A DNA stretch of 32,271 nt from Bipalium vagum (taxonomy: Eukaryota). The DNA lies in NCBI GenBank assembly GCA_037834085.1, contig JBBMKC010238222.1, forward strand, positions 1-32,271, read 5' to 3'. Of this stretch, positions 23,521-32,271 are shown piece after piece. Within the stretch, counting starts at the first letter, position 1, and each line of letters starts with the position of its first letter. The notes beneath the pieces are model-generated. The model saw only the letters and a list, made by a program, of their open reading frames with translations, made no database searches and was not told the DNA's origin. The position numbers were made by a program, and so were the translations under genes.

Positions 23521-24099
23521 ATCTTATGTCATGAAAGATAGGTAGTATTTAATATGCTTGAGTGCATTCTGCTCTAAGAAACAATCGGTAAATTTAACTA
23601 CAATCTCAAACGCAGAATAATGTGCACTTAAGTATAATGTCAAAGTCGAAAAAATAGAAATTAAATGTCAAACGTCGTTCTTTTTGGCACGTTGAAAACA
23701 TAATTAAAATAATAAACTTAAACAAGAAAAATTGATCATTTTGTCATAAAACTATAAACGATGCCGACGATATTTAGAAAAATTCTATGGATTGTTGGCA
23801 GTTTAATTTTAAAAAATGAAAATTTTTCATTATATTAATTTGATACTCCCTTGTTTAAATTAATTATATTGAATACATCTAGTACATTTTTCTCAAGAAA
23901 TTTAATATCTTATTGTTGCAAATGTTGAATGAAACACTTGGAATGGGGTGTTATATGAAAATTATTTCATTTCAATTTTTTGTTTAAACTATGTCAGCTT
24001 ATTGGAATTTCATTGGGACTGTATACATAAAAGTTTCAGTAATTAACCAAATGATTTAAACAATTATATAAATTCGTTAACTAGCCAAAGTTAACAATG

Positions 24100-24400
24100 G
24101 AGTTCAAGGGATAGTGAGAATTGGTATATGGTAATAACGTTAATGTCCACCAAGACAACTGAAGATAACATATATCTTTGGTCACGAGTTGAATATTATT
24201 GAAGCTCGGTTAAGATGTTACCAAATCCATCAAATATCCCTCATGATCACATCATGATCATTTATTTCGGTCACTGGAAAATTATTTGAATGAAAAAAAT
24301 TCTGTGATGGTGATATTATATTGCACATATTTAGCTGAATGCCAATAGAAATAATTTTTTACCCACAGAGTATTGGATTATGAAGGAATTCACAATTATT
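24100..24400 (+). mobile_element. Mariner catalytic/C-terminal fragment
   Basis: ELVYGNNVNVHQDN*R*H and DHLFRSLENYLNEK motifs. Confidence 0.7.
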
Positions 24401-24439
24401 ATTATTATTTATTATCTTATATATGTAGCTGATATAGAC

Positions 24440-24700
24440 TGTTACTAGGTTTTAACAGACATTTAATTACGTCTAAGTCTATGCCTGAATTGATATTGAT
24501 AATCCAGTCGTATGAAAAGGGACAAGAGTTTGAATTAGAAAATCTAATAATTCAAATAAATCCTAAGTCCTAGACTGGGATTATTCTGGAAGAAATAAAT
24601 AAGCTCACAAAAGTATACAATGAGTTCTAGAGATGCTAAGAACATTACAATAAAAATAATAATAAAAAACAATCCTTTAAAACACATGATATGTGACAAC
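24440..24700 (+). mobile_element. Possible Tc1 C-terminal fragment
   Basis: SMPELILI...KS*TGIILEEINKLTKVYNEF*RC loosely resembles the SPDLNPIE...WxxIxxExIxKL...R region. Confidence 0.3.
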
Positions 24701-24779
24701 CTAAATAAACGTTTATAATAATATTTAATTTCAGGAAAATATATTTTCGATACTTCAAAAGCCGCTCATTTTAAATATT

Positions 24780-25050
24780 CGATTAGTATGAAAATAATTA
24801 GGTTTTTTATATATTCAAATTTGATAATGAATTTTTTGAAAAATTATTTGTTTGAACCTATTAATTTATATACTATTTGAAAGCTCAGAAATTGCTTTAC
24901 ATCACCATGTTTTATTATACTTTTATTAATATTTTCTTTTTAATATTATTGGTAGAAAATATTTAGAAAATGCCTATTATAAGCAATTGCACTGTGCCAG
25001 CTCATATTGAGCAGGGCTTCGGAGACCACTGGTAAAATCAATGAGTCACT
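24780..25050 (+). mobile_element. Mariner 5' fragment (same family as 20252-20700)
   Basis: Shared blocks aaaataatt.ggttttttatat, atttgtttgaa, aaagctca.aaa.t.ctttacat, tagaaaatat, aagcaatt.ca and cttcgga.a.cact.gta.aa.caatga.tca. Confidence 0.65.
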
Positions 25051-25102
25051 AGTATGAGTACAGAAAAAAATGATAATACTATTATAATATAATATTATTA
25101 TA

Positions 25103-26020
25103 TTAGGTAAGTCAGAAAGTAACCTCTTTTTTATCACAAAATTTTATTTTACAAATTTTTACATTTAAATTTATCATAAATCAATCACATAATCGCCATT
25201 ATTTTTTACCATAGCCTGCCACTTGTCAGCCTAGCATGTCATCCCTTTTTCAAAGAACGAGGAAGATTTGGAGTCAATAAATGATTAGATCTCCTTTTTG
25301 ATCTGATCTTCATTTTGAAATCTTTTTCCAGACACGAAGTGCTGAAAAGATCTGAAAAGGTGAAAATCTGTTGGAGCAATGTCTGGGCTATATGATGGGT
25401 GAGCCATAACTTCCACTCCTATGTCTTTAGTTTTTAAAATGTGATCCTCGAGGTGTGTGGCCTGGCAATGGCCTGATGAAAAATGACACCTTTTCTGTTG
25501 ACTAAAGCTGGAAGACTTTTAATCAAGTTCTCATTTAATTTGTCCAATTGATCACAGTATTTGTTACCATCAATTGTCTGATTTGATTCGAGAAATTCCC
25601 AATAGATTACCCCACGACAATCCCACCAAATGCAAAGCATAGATTTTTTAGGATGAAGACCTGGTTTTGGTGTTCGGATCTGGGTTTCACCTGGAAATAA
25701 TCATTGCTTTTGTCTTTTTGGATTGTGCTTCTGAATCCACTTTTCGTCCCCCGAGACAATACGTTGAAGAAACGGATCACTGTTGTTCTTCAGAATCAGT
25801 GATCGACAAACAGGTAGTCTAACAGCTTTATTTTTTTCGGTCAATTTATGGGGTATCCAGACACCTGCCTTATATGATATGTAAGTGGGTCTTAACTGTA
25901 GTAGAACTACAGCCTAGGTTTTTGACATCTGTTCAGTCGTTAATTGCGGATCGCTACTTATGAGTTCTTCCAATAATGCGTCGACATAATAATATATAGC
26001 ATTTTTACATAGAAAAAGTC
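25103..26020 (-). mobile_element. Mariner (DD34D), best-preserved transposase pseudogene in the window, 5' deleted
   Basis: WIPHKLT, IVSGDEKWI, LHPKKSMLCIWWD, VIFHQAIARPH (second D mutated), HPSYSPDIAPTDFHLF, and GDYVIDL* with stop at 25174. TIR TA-TTAGGTAAGTCAGAAAGTAA at 25101. Confidence 0.92.
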
Positions 26021-26139
26021 ATTTTACAAATTGAAATAATCACAAAAATTTCAATTATATATAATAAATAAACACACACAAATTTATTTGTTTGATGATT
26101 GCTAAAGATCAGTTTTTCCTTATAAAGCGGAAAAAACCA

Positions 26140-26560
26140 TTACAGTTATCTGTAGTTATCTGACCGAGAGCTTTTGGAATCAAATGATTTAAATCATTGA
26201 CTGGCTCAGACAATAATTTCCGAATAATTCTGTTAATTTTACTGAACCCAAAGAGTATGGAGAAATAAACCTAATCAAGTGCGTTATCAATGAAAATACA
26301 GCCATCTGAAATGTTATGATCCTGTACTAATAACTCATCGATGTCTTTAAAAATTCTTGAAATATTACTGGTACAACCAGTAATATATTAATATATAATA
26401 TTAACACAATTTTTTTCGCAATTTATTCCAGCCAACAAAGTCACATTTCTTCCACACACAGCTGCCACATTTTGAAAAACTTCTTCCGTTGTTTCTTCTG
26501 AGGTGCAAATTGAATCCGCACTCATCCACAAAATTATGATATCATTTCTATTTTATATTT
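26140..26560 (-). mobile_element. IS630-like Tc1 (DDE_3-type) transposase remnant
   Basis: FVDECGFNLHLRRNNGRS, GRNVTLLAGIN, FQEFLK, CIFIDNA and FISPYS motifs in the expected order, with deletions. Confidence 0.75.
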
Positions 26561-26569
26561 TTTGAAGGT

Positions 26570-26688
26570 CATGTCAGATCAATTTCAATTACAAGTAATT
26601 GAATTTCAAATAAAACTATTTCGGTCTTCAAAAAATTTTTAAAATACATTTATCGATTAAAAAAGCAATTACTTTCTTGCCAACCTGG
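26570..26688. mobile_element. Mariner terminus (TIR)
   Basis: aaaaagcaattactttcttgccaacctgg-TA is the reverse complement of a classic mariner TIR (CAGGTTGGCAAGAAAGTAATTGC). Confidence 0.7.
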
Positions 26689-27169
26689 TATTTTAAGGTA
26701 GTCTTTAAAATATGTTCTCTCTTAATATTTAATATAATTAATTCACAGATCTTTTGCTTGAATTCAATTACAAATTTTATTTAAGCCTCAAATCATATAT
26801 TATCCAAAGAATATTCCTGTTAATTCTTTATGGAAATATATCTCAAAAATTTTATAAAATATTTTATTTTAGAATCAGTTCAGTGTTATAACCATAGAAA
26901 GATTATTTCCTTTCTTTCCTTTTCTATTTCTAATGTTTTCTTCATGTTCCTAATCTTTCATTTGTTACATTTTTGAATTATTTTATGAAAAAATATTAAC
27001 TAATTACTTTTTAAATAAAAAATATTTATTCTCTTATTTTATGCATTTCGTTACTCAAGAATTTTTGATTATTGGTTATTTATTTTTAAAATTTTTTTAT
27101 TAAATTTTTTAAATTTCTCAAGTAGTAAACAAATCAGAATTTATTTTTTATGTTTACATATAACCAAAG

Positions 27170-27540
27170 CCATCATACTCTGCAAATAATACTCACAAAA
27201 CCTTTTCTAAACCATATCTATTAATCAGAAATATCAATAAATATTGAAAGACGATTGTGTTTATTAATTTAAACTATTTTCAACTTTATTATTTGGTGAA
27301 ATGTCGTAATCTCAAAAGTTATTAATTTTAATAAATAAAATTAATTATAAATTTATTAAATGTACAGATACCAAAACCTAATCTTATCATTCAAAATATA
27401 ATGGTATACATAAATTAAATTATTTTGGTGGACTCAATGGTCGATACAGTGGTTTAAGAAATTCTAAACCTAAATACTGAATGATAATCGGTGCTCCTTA
27501 GTACTATGCATGAGGATGATTGGAAAGGCATTCAGCCAAA
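27170..27540 (+). mobile_element. Scrambled mariner fragments
   Basis: Short motifs KPSYSAN, QWFKKF and DWKGI. Confidence 0.35.
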
Positions 27541-27754
27541 GTTTAATTATTTCTGAGTTACCAATTATTTTTTTATTTTATTATTTTTACATATTTAACG
27601 TCATTTTATCATTATATGACAGAAGATAAAATAAAGATACCTAAAAAAGTTCTTCATATTGTACATATTGTTTTAGGGAATTAGTTAGTGAAATATCATG
27701 ATGTCCAAGATTTTCGGGTAGACCATTTCCATAATTAAGTCTTCAAAGTCAGTA

Positions 27755-28144
27755 GTGAGCTGCCCTGGAAAGTGCATAACTTGATTATAATATAATCTGA
27801 ATTTTTTGTCTAAAATAGAGCCTGAGAATTAGCTCCACGTTTTGCAAACAAAAGACTCGATTGGTCAGGAACAAATACATAAAAAGCTTCCAAAAGTTCA
27901 TAACTTAGATAGAAAGTTAATTATGATATTATAGGTTGCTTGAAAAGGAATTTCTTAAGGTTTCTGAAGAGATAAAAATAGCTTGGAGCGTGTTTAATAA
28001 TTTTGAAATTTATTTTTTCCAGTTTTTCCATTGTCAAATTTTTTTTTGTAAGTTGGTGTATTGCCCTATGAAAGATGATTTTTTCCTTTGTCAATATAGG
28101 ACTTTTTCTACGAATGTTTACCACTAATTGATCCAATAAATTAA
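27755..28144 (-). mobile_element. Irritans-like mariner, 3' half (split by a nested insertion)
   Basis: INLLDQLVVNIRRKSPILTKEKIIFH...HAP..YFYLFRNLKKFL. Rejoins in frame with 29316-29860. Confidence 0.85.
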
Positions 28145-28146
28145 TA

Positions 28147-29313
28147 TCTGGTAACGAATTAGGTTTTTTCGTTTTTTCAGTTGTTTAAATTTTTAGCCCC
28201 TGGGATTCTCATTTATCTATCGATTAAATTTTTCTTTGTTTTAGTTAGCTGCTTAAACATGTGAATTTTAAATTTACTGTATAATTAATGTTATTAATTA
28301 TTATGCTCTAGAATAAGTGCTCCAAAAGTTCGCTGGACAAATCAAAAATTCAAGCAATTATGAATGAGACGGTCTCAAAACATAACGAGGTGCTTAGTGA
28401 AGTAACAAAGCAACTGCGAACAGTGCAAGATTAGTTCAAAAAATTCAATAGTGGCGATTTTTCATTGGAAGACAAAGTGAGGTCTGGAAGGCCAAAACAG
28501 TTGGAGGATTATCAATTTATGGACCTTCTTGAATAAAACAGATCAATTAGCGCTAAACACGTCGCTTCTGAGTTAAATATAAGCGATACAGCCGTAAGAA
28601 ACCGACTGAAAGCGTTATGATTCACTTGTAACTCGACAAATGGATTCCCCACCAACTAGCTGAGTGGATCTATCATGACAAAATAGCCAGGCGAAGATCG
28701 TGGTCCTTGAAAGAAGAGCCTCCGCGAAAAATTGAAAACCGCAACCTTACACGAAACAAGTTTCTTTTATGCATTTGTTGGGATTCTCGTGGAATTATTT
28801 ATCAGGAGTTTCTCAAATCCGGGGAAACCATTAATCCTGGTGTTTATTGTGAAATGCTAAGAGTTCATGAAGGAAAACCGAGTTCATGATAAACCGAAAA
28901 CAAGTGATTTTCCACCAAGATAATGCCAAACCTCACAAATCAATGAAGACATTGAAGGTAATTCAGGAATTAAACTGGACTCTAATAGAACATCCGTCAT
29001 ATAGTCCCGATATCGCATTATCCGATTTTTATTTGTTCCAGGTATTACAGAATCACTTGATGGGTAAAAGTTTTAAGAGACGAAGGTATAAATAATGAAG
29101 TACTTTCTTTCTTTTATTTAAAAGATCGAGATTTCTTTTCTTTAATACTGGGATCAATGAACTTCTAAATAGATGGGAGGCAGTAATAGAAAAAGATGTG
29201 GAATATCTGGAGGATTAATTTTTTAATAATGTTTTATGATTAATAAATTAAATTTAACTTTAGTCTCAGTTTAGTTTTTAATTAAAAACGAAAAAACTTA
29301 GTTCGGTACCTAA
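28147..29313 (+). mobile_element. Near full-length mariner (1167 bp) with both TIRs, inserted into an older mariner
   Basis: Left TIR tctggtaacgaattaggttttttcgttttt matches the reverse complement of the right end (ttaggtaccgaactaagttttttcgttttt). Motifs RSGRP, WIPHQL, LCICWD, IFHQDNAKPH, HPSYSPDIALSDFYLF. Stops, frameshifts and an internal deletion that removes the first catalytic D. Confidence 0.92.
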
Positions 29314-29315
29314 TT

Positions 29316-29860
29316 TAATGATTGGAGTTGATTGTTTTCCCATTTCGATCATCAAAATATCTTTAACATCCAAGAAAACGGATGACATAAACTTTCTCAC
29401 TGATCGTTCCCTCTTTGGTTTTTTGGAAACGGAGTATCCTGATTCTCTCCATTGCAAACGTTCTTGATTTAATTTAGAATTATGATGATAAGTACTTCTC
29501 TGCTACAGTTACAAACCGACGGATGAAATCAGTTTTGTTCTTCCTAAATCGATTGGAACATTCTTCCGAAAATATTTTTGCATGAGATTTTGTTGCACTG
29601 TTAACGAATGCGACACTACATTTCCCAAAAGCTTTTTGATATTTAAATCATGTTTCAAAATATGACGTACACGTTCATCCGAGATTCCATTTGTTTGAAC
29701 TACTTCACGAGCAGTTATACTTGATAGTACACAAACAATAACATGGATTTCCTCAACAATATCCGATGTTAATGCAGTTTTGGGTCCACCACTACTATGA
29801 TCATCTTCAATCGATCTAAAACCAGGTTTAAATTCAGTGACCAAATTTTTCACTGTCGCA
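29316..29860 (-). mobile_element. Irritans-like mariner, 5'/central half (split by a nested insertion)
   Basis: TVKNLVTEFKPGFRSIEDDHSSGGPKTA, FIRRFVTVAE, KFMSSVFLDVKDIL and GKTINSNH. Confidence 0.85.
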
Positions 29861-29861
29861 C

Positions 29862-30320
29862 AGAATAAAAATATAAATTGAGTGAAGGCACTTTGGACAG
29901 CCTCTGCGGAATTAAAAATTATTCCTTGTAGGAAGTTGTCAAAATTCTGGAAAAAACAATAATCTGCAAGTGAAAGGTTTGGAGAATAAGGGGGATGATC
30001 GATGTTTTTTGGATATCTCCATAATTTTTAATTGAGTTCAATTTGCATCATGCGGACGGTGATTGTTATGAAGGACAATTGGTTTCAGCTGTTTTTTGCC
30101 AGATTCTTCATCATTTCTTCCAATTGAATGCAGTAGAGCTTTGCTGTGATTGACTGACTTGGTTTCAAGAAACTGTGGTATATCACTCCATGACTTGTCT
30201 ACCAAACGGTAACGATCAGCTTCTTTTGATGAATTTTCGGCCTTAGACATGTTTTAGGAGGTTTATCTGCATCTAACCATTGTGTAGAACGCATACGATT
30301 GTTCATTTTGATAACTTATA
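29862..30320 (-). mobile_element. Cecropia-like (Hsmar1-type) mariner, catalytic region fragment
   Basis: NNRMRSTQWLDADKPPK..PKIHQKKLIVTVW*, PIVLHNNHRPH and HPPYSPNLSLADYCFFQNFDNFLQG. Confidence 0.88.
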
Positions 30321-31339
30321 TAAGCATATTAGTAATAAAATAAAGTAATCTTGTAATTTTTTGACAATATCTGTTGTTTTAATAAAAATAATTATAAATG
30401 AATTTCCAATATTTTCAATTGTCGTGACTTTAAAACAAAAATAATAAAATAACTCTTTTCCGTATCTTTATTGAATATTAGTTTTTAAAAATCTTTTTTA
30501 TTTTATATAAATAAATATTTTCATACTTTTCTGTATTTTACTATTTTCATTGACAGAAAAAAAACAATGAAATTTAATAATTAAGTTAAATTAAATGAAC
30601 AATATTATGTATTTTTCTAAAATTTATTTTCCAATTTTAATTAAATGATGGAGTAGTTTTCAAAACTTAAATTCCTATTTAATCCAGAAGATAAAGATCA
30701 ATAATTTCATTTTTACCATTATAAAGAAAAATGAAATAAATATTTTACATTTGAAATATTAAATTCAAAAAACATTCTTTGGTAAAACAAAAGCAATTTT
30801 TCATGCATATGAAAATGTTATATTTATCAGATATTTTCAAGATTATTTTGCTTATTCACAAAGAAATATTTGATAAAAAATATTTTAGTGCATGTTTGAT
30901 ACAGAGAAATTATTTTTGATCAATATTTCGGTTTTCTTGTACATAAATATTTTATTTTTATTAAATTCATTATCAGCTTTCAGCTGAATTTAATTTACAC
31001 AGAATTCATATAAGTGGCGGCTTCCAGTAGAAATAATAATAAATACACCCAATAAGGGTCAGATTATGAACCGGATAAGGATATTTAGTGAAAGTTACTT
31101 TTTAAGCTGAAATAAAATTAATTTTATAATATGAAATGGCACGATTTATCTGATTTAATTTTATTGATTTATTAATTTTGTCATGATTGAATATTACTTT
31201 TATGAAATAATTTTTAAATGATTTGTATTCATTGAAATAGATAAAAAATTTATCCAAAAAAATATTTGATCTGTTCCGCTGTTCTTACAGTTTCATTACT
31301 TTAATATCAAAACTATTATGAAAATATGTGACTTTGTAT

Positions 31340-31880
31340 TTTGTTTAAATAAAGCAATCATAAAATATCAGAGAAATGAAAAATATTTAAGGCTGAAATT
31401 TGAAAGCTGAATTATTTACCAGGTGCATAAGATCCAAACAGTTTAGACATTTTCGAAGAATAACACTTTTTATGAACTACGTTTCAGACTACCCATTGAG
31501 ACTGATCCTTACAAATTATTGGAACCAATGTGGGACAACTGAGAAATATTTGTATTTAACAAATCATCGGTGTCAAGACTAATGTCTATGTATAAATTAA
31601 TTGAAAAAATTAAAACGAAAATTTTATGATTCTAATTCATTGTGAAAGATATTTGAAATACATAGGTGTACATGATAAGAAATGGATTTCGTAAAAAATA
31701 TTAGGTATCACAGATCTATGTCAGAGATTTCATGTTAAAATACGTTAAGTAACAAACATTCCAAAATGGTAATGCTGAGTATTTGGTGGGAGTGAAAGAG
31801 AATTATTGGAATTAGTTTTTAGTGACAATAATGTATCTACTGAAGTTATGAACCAAATCAATTCAACAAAAAAGAAAATA
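31340..31880 (+). mobile_element. Mosaic of decayed Tc1/mariner fragments
   Basis: HKISEK (PHEL-like), NKSSVSRL (HTH-like) and HSKMVMLSIWWE*KRII (LCVWWD-like). Confidence 0.5.
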
Positions 31881-32184
31881 TTATACTTAAAATTTATGTT
31901 TTTATCATTAATTATAATTTTATAGAAGCGAATGACATTATCTCTGTTAATTTGAAAAATAAGATAAAATTGGTAAAATAATAAAATATTTGCTAAGCAA
32001 AAAATTTCATATAAAATTTAATTAATAAAATAAAATAAAAATTAATAAAAGAATATTAATAGCACATTTTGTATTCATCGAAATAGTTACCAATCATACT
32101 CAATGACCTTGTCAACGTGTATCAATTAAAAAATCCCTTGTCTATGGCAATCCATAGATTTCTATTCAAAAAGTTTACGAACTA

Positions 32185-32271
32185 CATGGTTGGGCTGAAA
32201 AGTCCTTAGAATGGAACCGAAAAAATTTAAATATTGAAATGATATTTTGAAATCTGGCACAGCATCCATTG
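32185..32271. mobile_element. Irritans-like mariner terminus running off the window edge
   Basis: TA-CATGGTTGGGCTGAAAAGTCC resembles the Himar1-type TIR (CAGGTTGGCTGATAAGTCC). Confidence 0.6.

Noticed and set aside
25103-26020. Domesticated or active mariner transposase
   Set aside because: Second catalytic Asp replaced (HQAIARPH), several stops and frameshifts, and a 5' deletion.
25103-26688. Single composite mariner carrying a Tc1 cargo between TIRs at 25103 and 26688
   Set aside because: The two TIRs match only partially and more likely belong to different families. Cannot be supported without consensus sequences.
30038-30250. 70-aa ORF as a host gene
   Set aside because: Mostly an off-frame reading of the cecropia-like transposase remnant.
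4317-30320. TGA or TAG at conserved Trp positions suggesting an alternative genetic code
   Set aside because: The same copies also have TAA stops, frameshifts and deletions, and use TGG for Trp elsewhere. This is consistent with neutral G-to-A decay.

Overview
Very AT-rich (roughly 75-80% A+T by eye) eukaryotic genomic DNA, apparently animal. Composition and transposon content would fit a triclad flatworm, but the species cannot be fixed from the sequence. There is one 158-nt assembly gap. Most recognisable sequence is a graveyard of more than 20 decayed Tc1/mariner (IS630-Tc1-mariner) DNA transposons from several lineages: mellifera-, cecropia- and irritans-like mariners, rosa/DD41D-like, maT-like, ITmD37E-like and IS630-like Tc1. 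One mariner-in-mariner insertion can be cleanly reconstructed. Only one intact long ORF exists (12870..13751, minus, 293 aa): an unrecognised single-pass membrane protein with a short N-glycosylatable N-terminus and a Ser-rich tail carrying Tyr motifs. A chain of minus-strand exon-like islands with canonical splice signals surrounds it, suggesting a long spliced leader and an alternative last exon. There are also two LTR-like segments, a decayed orphan reading frame, microsatellites and a 34-bp perfect palindrome. No rRNA, tRNA or CRISPR was found, and no well-supported novel multi-gene system. Transposon boundaries are approximate unless TIRs are cited, and subfamily calls rest on remembered motifs, not database searches.
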